From positions 71,607-135,606 of the forward strand of contig JAAYJQ010000002.1 in the NCBI GenBank assembly GCA_012522855.1: a stretch of 64,000 bases of DNA. Reading direction: 5' to 3'. Shown in pieces: positions 34,613 to 43,580 of this stretch. Source of the DNA: Bacteroidales bacterium (lineage in GTDB: Bacteria; Bacteroidota; Bacteroidia; Bacteroidales; UBA932). Each line of letters starts with the position of its first letter. The stretch's first letter is position 1. Position numbers and translations under genes: made by a program. The notes under the pieces were generated by a model that ran no database searches, was not told the DNA's origin, and worked only from the letters and a program-made list of their open reading frames with translations.

Positions 34613-36015
34613 GACTGTGCTTTGATTTGACTGCCGAGGAGGGTAGGTTCATCCCCGTCATTGAGTTTGCGGAATTTACGGAAAAGGGCGCTGATCAAGA
34701 AGAAGGTTACGATGCAGGAGATAAGGTCTGCAACGGGGAAGGCCATGAAGACCCCGCGCGTCTCCCAAAATAGCGGCAGGACAAAAATCGCGGGAACCAG
34801 GAACAGCAGTTGCCTGCTGAGCGACAGGAAGATGGATTTCCCCACCATTCCGAGACTCTGGAAAAAATTCGTCGAAACCATCTGCCAGCCCACTATCGGC
34901 ACCAAGGGATTCATGATGCGCAATCCTCGTTCCGATAGGGATTTCAGCTCAAAGTCATTGGTGAACATGCCCACCATCAAACCGGGGAAGAACTCCGAGG
35001 CGACGAACCAGAACAACGAGACAAGCGTTGCCCATTTAGCCGTCAAGAGGTAGACTTGCTTGACCCGGGAATATTGCCGGGAGCCAAAATTGTAGCCTGC
35101 GATCGGTTGCATTCCCTGGTTGAAACCGAAAATGATCATTACGAACAGGAAATTGATCCGGTTCACGATGCCGTAGGCTCCGATAGCCAGGTCGCCGCCG
35201 TATTTGAGCAACTGCTGGTTGATGAACATTGTCACGATGCAGGAGGCGGAATTCATCAGGAAAGGCCCCATGCCGATGGCCAACGCATCCTTGGCGATAC
35301 GCCAGTCGAGGCCGAAAAAACGTTTCGGGAGATGCAGGAAATTGCTTTTCCGGGTGAAATACCAGAGGGTATAGGACAAGGCCAGCACCTGCGAAGCGAC
35401 CGTGGCAATGGCGGCTCCCCGAATGCCCATATTGAGTCCGAAGATCAAGATCGGATCCAGAATGCTGTTGAAGATCACCGTGAAGAGGGTCAGACCCATG
35501 GCGAGTTTCGGGTTGCCTGAAGATCGGATGATGCTGTTGAGTCCGAAGTACAGATGCGTGACCACGTTGCCGTAGAGGATGATCCGCATGTAGTCCCGCG
35601 CGAAGGGAAGCGTGTTCGGACTGGCCCCGAAAAATGTCAGGATGGGATCCAAATAAAGCAGACACAGGATCATGAAAAGCAAGCCGACAATGATGTTGAG
35701 CGTGACCTCGTTGGCCAACACCTTGTTCGCGACCTTGTAGTTCTTCTGGCCCAGGAGTACGGAAATCAAAGTAGAAGCCCCGGCTCCGATCAAGGTCCCG
35801 AGGGCGGTGGACAAATTCATCAGCGGAAAGGTGACGGCCAAACCGGAGATGGCCAGCGAGCCTGTTTCGGGAATATGCCCGATGTAGATGCTGTCCACCA
35901 TGTTGTACAAAGAAGACGCGGTCATGGCGATGATACCGGGGACCGCGTATTTCTTCAACAGTTTTCCGATGTTCATGCTCCCGAGTTCGGTGGGAGCGGT
36001 CTGCGATGCAGCCAT
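34609..36015 (-). CDS. MATE family efflux transporter
   Basis: A 12-TM pattern. LLKKYAVPGIIAMTASSLYNMVDSIYIGH is the typical MATE N-terminus. Start at the internal ATG. Confidence 0.85.
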   Translation of the reverse strand: MAASQTAPTELGSMNIGKLLKKYAVPGIIAMTASSLYNMVDSIYIGHIPETGSLAISGLAVTFPLMNLSTALGTLIGAGASTLISVLLGQKNYKVANKVLANEVTLNIIVGLLFMILCLLYLDPILTFFGASPNTLPFARDYMRIILYGNVVTHLYFGLNSIIRSSGNPKLAMGLTLFTVIFNSILDPILIFGLNMGIRGAAIATVASQVLALSYTLWYFTRKSNFLHLPKRFFGLDWRIAKDALAIGMGPFLMNSASCIVTMFINQQLLKYGGDLAIGAYGIVNRINFLFVMIIFGFNQGMQPIAGYNFGSRQYSRVKQVYLLTAKWATLVSLFWFVASEFFPGLMVGMFTNDFELKSLSERGLRIMNPLVPIVGWQMVSTNFFQSLGMVGKSIFLSLSRQLLFLVPAIFVLPLFWETRGVFMAFPVADLISCIVTFFLISALFRKFRKLNDGDEPTLLGSQIKAQS

Positions 36016-36026
36016 TTGCCTCTCCT

Positions 36027-37046
36027 CTATTCCGCCTTGTCCACCAGTTCGATTTCGAAGGAAATGGGGGAATAGCCCGGTATGGCATTGCCGCTTCCGT
36101 TGTGCATGTATCCGAAGGGGGAATAAAAGGCGCAAATTCCTTTCTCGTTATGACCCATCTTGGAAAGGCAATAGGAAAATCCCTCCACCAGCGTCGATCC
36201 CGATGAAGTACCCAGACTGCCCAGCGTGATCTCGGAATGGGATTCGCTCATGTTAATCTGGACAGGGGCGTAAGATTTGGAGGCGGAGTAGATGCCGTGC
36301 ACCTTCGCCGTGTCCCGGATCGTGGTGTCGAACACCTGTCCGTTCAGGAGCCTGCCTGTATAGTTGATATGGAAACTCGTGTCTCGCGGAATTTGCAGGC
36401 TGTCTTTCGGCGCCCGGATCTGTTTGTAGTAATAGCCGTAGAAGGTTGAATCCACATCGCCCATATGTTTCGCGACGTAGCGTTCCAGCGAATCGATCTG
36501 CCATTTGTTGATATCGTCAGTTTTCCCGGTCAGCTTGCAGGTGTAAATAGCCGCCGTGCCCGATTCCTCCTTCAAGTAGTCGTCGGCAGTCTCGTGGTCG
36601 GCTTTCACATTCAGCCAACCCGGGACGATGGCGGTCCGGGTTCCGCCGACCCGCATACCTTTGATCATCTCGAGGAAGCCGGCCGGGGTGGCTGCGCGGT
36701 TGTTGAGGAAGACCCGCGGGCCGTAGTAGTTGGACCGGGAATAGGTCCCTACTTGTTTTGAGATCTTTTCGAGGGTCGTTTCTTTGATGTTTCCGTCCAG
36801 GTCGCGGACCGTGTATTCGACGAAGAGGTAGGCATCGGCATCTCCGATGGTTTCACCGTTGCCGGGCAGCTCGTCTATGATGTACACCCCCAATCCGCTC
36901 GGGGTCGCTTCGGGATGGTTCACGCTCAGCCACGCGTCGAAGTAGCGCTTCGCATCCTCATTCACGTACACCGTTTCTTCAGTGGCGCATGCGCCGGTGA
37001 AGAACAATGCCGCCAAGCTGAAAAGTACCGGTATCTGGTTTTTCAT
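36027..37046 (-). CDS. FKBP-type peptidyl-prolyl isomerase lipoprotein (two FKBP-like domains)
   Basis: Lipobox LFFTGAC. FKBP signatures GMRVGGTRTAIVPGWL and LSKMGHNEKGICAFYSPFGY...IPGYSPISFEIELV. Confidence 0.75.
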   Translation of the reverse strand: MKNQIPVLFSLAALFFTGACATEETVYVNEDAKRYFDAWLSVNHPEATPSGLGVYIIDELPGNGETIGDADAYLFVEYTVRDLDGNIKETTLEKISKQVGTYSRSNYYGPRVFLNNRAATPAGFLEMIKGMRVGGTRTAIVPGWLNVKADHETADDYLKEESGTAAIYTCKLTGKTDDINKWQIDSLERYVAKHMGDVDSTFYGYYYKQIRAPKDSLQIPRDTSFHINYTGRLLNGQVFDTTIRDTAKVHGIYSASKSYAPVQINMSESHSEITLGSLGTSSGSTLVEGFSYCLSKMGHNEKGICAFYSPFGYMHNGSGNAIPGYSPISFEIELVDKAE

Positions 37047-37065
37047 TCTGATCATAAATCCATGC

Positions 37066-37617
37066 TTATTCATTGCTGACGCTTTGTATCCACAAATGGT
37101 AGGCCAAGGCAGCGTTTGCCGGTACCAAGCCGAATGTCTTGTTTTTTGCGAAGCCATACATTCCGCTGAACAGGATGTAACATTCTTCTCCGCCTTGTAC
37201 CCCGATCAAACCCTTGCGAAGCCCGTCCACCAGTTCGGAATCGGAAAGCTTCACGGTGGCTACTGTGAAAGCGGTCGTGTCGGAAAGATTCCAATTGGCC
37301 GACCGGGCGTAGACATCGTAGTTGGTAGCGAACAAATTGCTGGCGCTCAGCGAAGTGCCGCTCAGATAATGTCCCGCGTAAAAAAAGGAAACGGCCCCTC
37401 CTTCCTGCAGTTTTTCACCGCTGCCCTGCACAACGGTCACGCGGGTGGAACCGTCTTGGTAACTGACGGTACGGGTCGAGTCCGCGTTCAGAAAAGACTG
37501 TACGATGGAAGCGATGGTGCCTTCCTGTTGTTCGTAGGTCGCATCCAGTTCTTTGTTGCAGGATGCGACGGCCAGCGCCGCCATGCAGGCGAACAAAATT
37601 TTTCGAGAGGATGTCAT
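37066..37617 (-). CDS. FKBP-like domain lipoprotein
   Basis: Lipobox MAALAVASC. C-terminal GLRKGLIGVQGGEECYILFSGMYGF...VPANAALAYHLWIQSV resembles the FKBP_C fold. ATGA overlap with nrnA. Confidence 0.6.
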   Translation of the reverse strand: MTSSRKILFACMAALAVASCNKELDATYEQQEGTIASIVQSFLNADSTRTVSYQDGSTRVTVVQGSGEKLQEGGAVSFFYAGHYLSGTSLSASNLFATNYDVYARSANWNLSDTTAFTVATVKLSDSELVDGLRKGLIGVQGGEECYILFSGMYGFAKNKTFGLVPANAALAYHLWIQSVSNE

Positions 37618-38663
37618 GACTTGAAAAATCGTTTGATAACTTTCAAGATGTATGCCTCGGCGCTTGAAGGCGCCGGAACATCCTCCGGAAAATAAAGCTT
37701 CCCGCCGGCAGCCAGTTCGTGGCCGCCTCCATGGAAACAGGCCATGGCGCAGTCGTTGGCGGAGACACCTTTCTTCGAGCGGAGCGACACCCGGAAATGA
37801 CCCTCCTCTTCTTTCAGGAAAAGGCTCAGGCACACCCGGTCGATCTCCAGCGGCATGTTCACGAATCCTTCGGATTCTCCGTCCCGCAGGTCGAAGCGGT
37901 CCTGATCCTCTTTTGTCAGGATCATGTAGGCGGCTCCTTCGGGGGTGATCTTCAGTTTCTCGTACAACAAATAGCCCATGACGCGGATTCGGTTCTCCCG
38001 ATAATTGTTGTACAATTCTGCGAGCAAGGTGTCCCGGTCCTCTCCTGCGTCGAGCAGCTCCGAAGCCATCTTCAAGGTGCTGGGAAACACGGAGTTGGCA
38101 AAATTGTTCGTGTCGGTGGTCATGCCGGCCAGCAAGTGCTTGCGCGCGGCGGCCGGAAGCCTTGACGCCTCTCCACCTATATCCGGCATCTCTTTCAGTA
38201 TCCAGTACACATATTCGGATGTCGAGGAAATGTCCGGCGTGGAGAAAGCGAGCCGGAACGCATTGAAGTCCGGATTCAGATGGTGGTCGATCAAAATCTT
38301 AGGGACAGGGGAGGTCCGCAGGGCTGTTTCGAGTCCGGCAGTCCGGCTGAAAGCGTTGAAGTCCTGGCAGAGGATGAGGTCGCTGTCCGCGACTTGCCTG
38401 CTTGCCTGCAAAGGGGTACGGGAATGGGTCAAGATCTCCCCTTCGGGTTCGTCCGCAATCAAAAAGGCGAGGGTGTCCGGAACCGGGTCCGGAACGACCA
38501 GACAGGCATCCTTCCCGCGACACTTGCGGAGGTAATGCTTCATGGCCAAGCCGCTGCCGATCGCATCCCCGTCGGGGTGCGTGTGCGTGACGATCGTGAC
38601 AACCCTTGCCTTTTCAATCATCCCGTCCAACTCGGGTACACGTTCCAGATATTTCGGTTTCAT
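37614..38663 (-). CDS. nrnA: DHH-family phosphoesterase (bifunctional oligoribonuclease/pAp phosphatase NrnA-like)
   Basis: DHH motifs HTHPDGDAIGS and LIDHHLN, plus DHHA1 GGGHELAAGG. Confidence 0.8.
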   Translation of the reverse strand: MKPKYLERVPELDGMIEKARVVTIVTHTHPDGDAIGSGLAMKHYLRKCRGKDACLVVPDPVPDTLAFLIADEPEGEILTHSRTPLQASRQVADSDLILCQDFNAFSRTAGLETALRTSPVPKILIDHHLNPDFNAFRLAFSTPDISSTSEYVYWILKEMPDIGGEASRLPAAARKHLLAGMTTDTNNFANSVFPSTLKMASELLDAGEDRDTLLAELYNNYRENRIRVMGYLLYEKLKITPEGAAYMILTKEDQDRFDLRDGESEGFVNMPLEIDRVCLSLFLKEEEGHFRVSLRSKKGVSANDCAMACFHGGGHELAAGGKLYFPEDVPAPSSAEAYILKVIKRFFKS

Positions 38664-38694
38664 TTTCGGTTTCGCCTTCCAGTGTAGGCAGATG

Positions 38695-38702
38695 CAAAAT
38701 TA
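38695..38702 (-). promoter_or_regulatory. candidate -7 box (TAATTTTG on the minus strand) for the nrnA operon
   Basis: The plus strand reads CAAAATTA, 32 nt upstream of the nrnA ATG. Confidence 0.45.
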
Positions 38703-38735
38703 CGAAATTATATTGCATTTCATAAATCATTTTTT

Positions 38736-38743
38736 TAACTTTG
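38736..38743 (+). promoter_or_regulatory. candidate -7 box (TAACTTTG) for the 38802-40507 operon
   Basis: Exact TAnnTTTG match 58 nt upstream of the ATG at 38802. Confidence 0.45.
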
Positions 38744-38801
38744 TCTGAAATTGACGTGTAGTCGATTCCACAGATATCGGATCACTAAATAATTCAGAAT
38801 A

Positions 38802-39503
38802 ATGAACAAGACACTGAAAACGATTCTTTCCATCGTACTTGCCCTAGTCTGCTGCCTCCTTGTCTATCTCATTTATGACGGAATCATGCAGCCGGTGCGT
38901 TTTGACAAACTTGAGACACAGCACAAGAATGTCGCCGTCCAGCAGTTGAAGGATATCCGTGAGCTACAGGTCGCCTATCTGGGTGAAAACGGCGTGTACA
39001 CAGCCTCTTTCGACTCCTTGAAGCAGTTCTACAACGACGGTCAGATGACTGTCACGCTTCAGGTGGGATCTCAGGATGACTCGGCGGCTGTCGCCAACAC
39101 CGACCGGGTCAGGAGGGCGAACCGCGGCATCACTGACGAAGGACTGTACAAATTGTACTTGGCCGGCGAACCGAATCTGGTCTTCCAGGTTCAGAACAAG
39201 ATCAATGTGCGGGATACGCTGTTCAACAATCGTCCGGATTTCGACATCAACAGGATCGACGAAATCCCGTTCTCCGGCGGGGACAAGATCGAGATGCAAG
39301 CGACCGTCAAGAGGGTTTCCGGTGTCGACGTGCCTCTTTTCGAGGCCAAGATGCCTCTTAAGTCGCTGTTGAAGGATTTGGACGATGAGTACCACCAGAA
39401 TATTGTCAATTTGGTCGCCGCGAAGAACGATATCAACCAATATCCCGGTTGGCAAGTCGGAAGTATTTCCGCTCCGAACAACAATGCAGGAAACTGGGAG
39501 TAA
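38802..39503 (+). CDS. membrane-anchored hypothetical protein
   Basis: An N-terminal TM anchor (ILSIVLALVCCLLVYLIY) followed by a soluble domain. Codon usage looks coding. No family recognised. Confidence 0.6.
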   Translation: MNKTLKTILSIVLALVCCLLVYLIYDGIMQPVRFDKLETQHKNVAVQQLKDIRELQVAYLGENGVYTASFDSLKQFYNDGQMTVTLQVGSQDDSAAVANTDRVRRANRGITDEGLYKLYLAGEPNLVFQVQNKINVRDTLFNNRPDFDINRIDEIPFSGGDKIEMQATVKRVSGVDVPLFEAKMPLKSLLKDLDDEYHQNIVNLVAAKNDINQYPGWQVGSISAPNNNAGNWE

Positions 39504-39512
39504 TCCGTCCAA

Positions 39513-39974
39513 ATGATTCACAAGGTCGCCCTCATTCCTTCCGCCTACTTCCATCCTGACCATGTCAGGCAGTCTCTATCCGAGGTCGTGGCGTTGGATG
39601 AGGGCGAACTGGTTTCCTATGCGGATGTCCCTGAATTCGATGCGAAGCTCTTATACGTCCGACCCGTGGAAGGAGATGTCTTTCCCGAGTTGTACTACGT
39701 ATTGAAAGAAGTGTCCGCCTGTACCGACTACAACAAAATCGTCGCGTCCTATGTGGACGGATGGCTGAATCTGGCCATAGCCCAGGGACACAACCTGCTC
39801 TTGGCGAACGTCTTCCGGGCGATGGATTTCACGACCGCCGAGTATTTCATATTCCTCGCGCTGAAAAAGTTGCAACTCAATCCCGAAGTTTCCACCATCG
39901 TCTTCCGGACGCCTCTGTCGGAGGAGGAATCTCTGTCCCTGTACAGATACTTCAAGTCAGTGGAGCAGCGATGA
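39513..39974 (+). CDS. hypothetical protein, possibly a short DUF3822-like protein
   Basis: Conserved position immediately upstream of, and overlapping (ATGA), rsmD, as seen for DUF3822 genes in Bacteroidetes. The family assignment is from memory of synteny, not from motifs. Confidence 0.45.
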   Translation: MIHKVALIPSAYFHPDHVRQSLSEVVALDEGELVSYADVPEFDAKLLYVRPVEGDVFPELYYVLKEVSACTDYNKIVASYVDGWLNLAIAQGHNLLLANVFRAMDFTTAEYFIFLALKKLQLNPEVSTIVFRTPLSEEESLSLYRYFKSVEQR

Positions 39975-40507
39975 GGATCATCGGAGGACGCCTCAAGGGG
40001 AAGCGCATCCAGCCTCCCGCCGGCTACCTGGCGCGGCCAACCACGGATTTCGCCCGGGAAGGACTCTTCAACGTACTCGGGAATGAATACGAATTCGAAG
40101 ACCTGAAGGTTCTCGATCTGTTCGGAGGCACAGGGGCGGTTGCCTTCGAATTCGCTTCCCGCGGCGCCTCGCGCGTCTATTCCGTGGAGATGTCCCGTGA
40201 GAACGCATCCTTCATCAAGACCGAATCCCTGCGGCTGGGCCTGGAGAATGTCACGACGGTCCGGAACAATGTCTTTGACTTCCTCACAATCTGCCGGGAA
40301 CGCTTCGATCTCATCTTCGCCGATCCGCCCTTCGCTTTGGACGGGCTTGAGACCCTGCCCGACCGGATCTTTGCCCGGGATATTCTGGTACCCGGCAATT
40401 ATTTCATTCTGGAGCATGGCAAGGAGCACAACTTTGCTTCGCATCCGTATTTCATCAAAGAGAAACGTTACGGAAAGGTTCACTTCTCCTTTTTCTCCCG
40501 TTCCTGA
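39971..40507 (+). CDS. rsmD: 16S rRNA (guanine966-N2)-methyltransferase
   Basis: MRIIGGRLKGKRI, SAM motif LDLFGGTGAVAFEFASRG, catalytic FADPPF. Confidence 0.85.
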   Translation: MRIIGGRLKGKRIQPPAGYLARPTTDFAREGLFNVLGNEYEFEDLKVLDLFGGTGAVAFEFASRGASRVYSVEMSRENASFIKTESLRLGLENVTTVRNNVFDFLTICRERFDLIFADPPFALDGLETLPDRIFARDILVPGNYFILEHGKEHNFASHPYFIKEKRYGKVHFSFFSRS

Positions 40508-41457
40508 TGTACCCGGTGCTCGTAAAGTTCCCACGAGTTGACCAGATTCTGGAAAATACTGTAGAGACCTCCCGCCACCGAGGTCACGGGGGTCAGGAAT
40601 GAATAACCCAGCCAGATGAAGAATCCCGTGTTTTTCTGTCCCAGGGCATGACCGGCGGTAATGCATTCGGCGCGCCCGAACGGTTTGCCGACTTTCCGGC
40701 CGACGAAAAATTGGAACAGGGTGCAGAACAAGGCGACCAGGCCGATCATCCCGGCTGCGAAGACAGAAACGCCGCTGTTCAACAGGGCTCGGGTCGCAAG
40801 ATAAAGGGCGAATGTCAAGCTGAGGCCCCAAATATAAAATGCCCAGTGGGTGTAGCGCATCAGCAAGATCTGGACTTTGCGCATCGTGTAGCGGATGGTC
40901 CAGGCAGCCATCAGCGGCAGTATCAACAGCGGGAACACCCTCCCGCTGATGCTGATGAAGTTCCTTCCGAAACTCATACCCTCCGTCGGATTGATGACCG
41001 GGATCAGGAGCGGTATCATCACGGAGGCCAGGCAGTTCGCAAGCACCAGGTACGTGACGGAAGTGGTCAGGTTGCCGCCCAGTTTCAAGGTAATCACGCC
41101 GGCGGCGGCAGCTGTCGGGCAGATGAAACAAAGTGTCGCGCTCTCGACCAGAATCCGGGGCTCTCCGAATGGCATTCGGGAGGCGATCAGGGCGAAAACC
41201 GCGAACAGAACCGCTTGCACCAGCAAAAGGCGGAAATGCCAGCGGTGGATCCGGAGGTCGTGCGGGGAAATCCGGTTGAATTGGAGGAAGAGTATCAGGG
41301 CAACCAAAGTTGGTTGGATGTTCTCGGCAAATTTGGAGAACCCCGGCTCGATCGCGTCCAGAACCGGCAGGAATCGTATCAGGAGGTACAAGGAGATGCC
41401 GGTGATGATCGCCAGCGGCAGCATCCAGTCTTTTATGAATTGCAGGACTTTCTTCAT
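40480..41457 (-). CDS. SBF-like (bile acid:Na+ symporter superfamily) transporter
   Basis: ~10 TM segments, with LCFICPTAAAAGVITLKLGGN resembling SBF_like family signatures. Start at the internal ATG MKKVLQF. The 3' end overlaps rsmD by 28 nt (convergent). Confidence 0.55.
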   Translation of the reverse strand: MKKVLQFIKDWMLPLAIITGISLYLLIRFLPVLDAIEPGFSKFAENIQPTLVALILFLQFNRISPHDLRIHRWHFRLLLVQAVLFAVFALIASRMPFGEPRILVESATLCFICPTAAAAGVITLKLGGNLTTSVTYLVLANCLASVMIPLLIPVINPTEGMSFGRNFISISGRVFPLLILPLMAAWTIRYTMRKVQILLMRYTHWAFYIWGLSLTFALYLATRALLNSGVSVFAAGMIGLVALFCTLFQFFVGRKVGKPFGRAECITAGHALGQKNTGFFIWLGYSFLTPVTSVAGGLYSIFQNLVNSWELYEHRVHQEREKKEK

Positions 41458-41509
41458 CTTGTTCAAATTCCGGCAGCGGGAAAGATGATACAAATATCGT
41501 CAAAATCAT

Positions 41510-41517
41510 TAACTTTG
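41510..41517 (+). promoter_or_regulatory. candidate -7 box (TAACTTTG) for the M13 peptidase gene
   Basis: Exact TAnnTTTG match 38 nt upstream of the ATG at 41556. Confidence 0.45.
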
Positions 41518-41555
41518 TTTGTTTTAGTATAAAGTATAAAACAAATTGTTTTATC

Positions 41556-43574
41556 ATGAAGAAGATTTTGTTGGTGATGACAACTTTTCTAATGCTGGCT
41601 GGTTGTGGTACCCGTCAAACGGAGGGTACCGTGCCTGCCATTGATCTTTCAAACCTTGATACCACCGTGTCTCCCGCGGTTGATTTTTACAAATATGCCG
41701 TTGGAGGCTGGCAGCGGAAGAACCCGCTGAAGCCGGAATATGCCCGTTTCGGCAGTTTCGATGTGTTGCGTGACTCCAGCGAGGTCCGTCTGAACCGTCT
41801 TTTCGGAGAAATGACGGAAATGACGGTTGAAGCCGGATCATCGGACGAGAAGATCGTCATCCTGTACAAGCAGGGACTCGACTCCGCGAAATTGAACGCC
41901 GAGGGCAATGCTCCCCTCCGGAAAGTGCTGGACGAGATCTATGCGGTGGCTGATAGACAAGGTCTGGCGCGGGAGATCGCATCCCTTCATGACTGGGGCG
42001 TGAACCTGTTCTTCGGAGGCTACGTAGGACCTGACCTCCTCAACAGCGACTCCCAGATTTTCTACCTCGGACAGGGCGGACTGGGGATCGGTGACCGCGA
42101 CTACTACATCGATCCCGCGAACGCGGCCATCAAAGATGGTTATCGATCTTTCCTTGAAAAGATCTTCAACCTTTCCGACGTGAACTACACCGTCGATGCC
42201 GCGAACAACGCGCTGGCGGTCGAAGATGCGCTCGCGCGGCATTCCTGGAGCAAAGTCCGGTTGCGTGACATCCCGGCACAGTACAACACAATGAGCACTG
42301 CCCGGCTCGAAGCGGATTATCCCGGATTCGATTGGAAAACTTATTTTTCCGTCCGCAACATTCCCGATCAGGAGAAGCTTGTCGTCGAGCAGCCTTCGTT
42401 CTTCAAGGCCTTCTGTGACTACTTCGCCAAGGCGGATCTGAAGGTGCTGAAGGACTATGTCGCCGGCTGCGTGATCAATGGCGCTTGCGGAGCGCTGAAT
42501 GATGAATACTATGCCGCCTCCTTCGATTTCTACAGCAGGCAGATGTCCGGCATCGAGGAGCAGAAACCTCGCTGGAAGCGGGCGATGAGCGTGCCGAACA
42601 GCATCCTCGGCGAAGCGGTCGGCAAGATGTATGTCGCCAAGTATTTCCCGGAGACCTCCAAAACCAAGATGATCACCCTGGTGGAGAACCTCAAGCAGGC
42701 CTTCTCCCAGCACATCGAGGCTCTGGACTGGATGAGCGATTCCACCAAGGTCAAAGCCCGGCAGAAGTTATCTAAATTTACAGTCAAGATCGGCTATCCG
42801 GACAAGTGGAAGGACTATTCCTCGATGAACGTTTCCGCCGACCGGAGCTACTACGACAACATCCGTGAAGCAAACCGGTGGTATGTGGCGGACAACCTGT
42901 CTAAACTCGGCAAGCCAACGGACCGGAGCGAATGGGGCATGTCTCCGCAGACGGTCAATGCCTACTATAATCCCACGACAAACGAAATCTGCTTCCCGGC
43001 CGCCATTCTTCAGGCTCCTTTCTTCAATCCGGATGCGGATGACGCCGTCAACTACGGCGGCATCGGTGTCGTGATCGGACACGAAATGAGCCACGGCTTC
43101 GACGACCAGGGACGGCTCTTCGACGGAGACGGGAATATGGTCGATTGGTGGACGGCCGAAGATGCCGCCCGCTTCAAGGAGAAATCCGAAGTGTTGGTCG
43201 CCCAGTTCGATTCCGTCCAGGTGCTTCCCGGATTGATGGCCAACGGACGGCTCTCGCTCGGTGAAAATATCGGTGACCACGGTGGACTGAGCATCGCGTT
43301 CACGGCTATGCGGAACGCCCTTGCCGGTCGGAACGTCGGCCTCATCGACGGATTCACCCCGGAGCAGCGGTTCTACCTCTCCTATGCTGCTATCTGGGCG
43401 CAGAACATTACCGATGAAGAGAAAGCCCGCCTGACCAAACTCGACGTCCACTCGCTGGCCGAGAACCGGGTCAACGTTTCCGTTCGGAACTTCCAGAGCT
43501 TCTTCGATGCCTTCGGCGTCGAGGAAGGGGATCCGATGTGGCGGCCCGAATCGGAGCGTGTCCACATTTGGTAG
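41556..43574 (+). CDS. pepO: M13 family zinc metalloendopeptidase (PepO/neprilysin-like) lipoprotein
   Basis: Lipobox LMLAGC, HExxH (VIGHEMSHGFD), and the downstream ExxxD motif (GENIGDHGG). 672 aa. Confidence 0.9.
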   Translation: MKKILLVMTTFLMLAGCGTRQTEGTVPAIDLSNLDTTVSPAVDFYKYAVGGWQRKNPLKPEYARFGSFDVLRDSSEVRLNRLFGEMTEMTVEAGSSDEKIVILYKQGLDSAKLNAEGNAPLRKVLDEIYAVADRQGLAREIASLHDWGVNLFFGGYVGPDLLNSDSQIFYLGQGGLGIGDRDYYIDPANAAIKDGYRSFLEKIFNLSDVNYTVDAANNALAVEDALARHSWSKVRLRDIPAQYNTMSTARLEADYPGFDWKTYFSVRNIPDQEKLVVEQPSFFKAFCDYFAKADLKVLKDYVAGCVINGACGALNDEYYAASFDFYSRQMSGIEEQKPRWKRAMSVPNSILGEAVGKMYVAKYFPETSKTKMITLVENLKQAFSQHIEALDWMSDSTKVKARQKLSKFTVKIGYPDKWKDYSSMNVSADRSYYDNIREANRWYVADNLSKLGKPTDRSEWGMSPQTVNAYYNPTTNEICFPAAILQAPFFNPDADDAVNYGGIGVVIGHEMSHGFDDQGRLFDGDGNMVDWWTAEDAARFKEKSEVLVAQFDSVQVLPGLMANGRLSLGENIGDHGGLSIAFTAMRNALAGRNVGLIDGFTPEQRFYLSYAAIWAQNITDEEKARLTKLDVHSLAENRVNVSVRNFQSFFDAFGVEEGDPMWRPESERVHIW

Positions 43575-43580
43575 CCTTGC

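Noticed and set aside
39749-41557. A 602-aa minus-strand ORF spanning rsmD, the SBF-like transporter and two intergenic regions. It is the longest unexplained ORF in the track.
   Set aside because: Over rsmD it is the codon-complement frame. Over the transporter it is the position-3 alternate frame. It runs through the promoter region of the M13 peptidase gene. The product is extremely Arg/Pro/Asp/Gly-rich with no hydrophobic core pattern. Both real genes have clear motifs.
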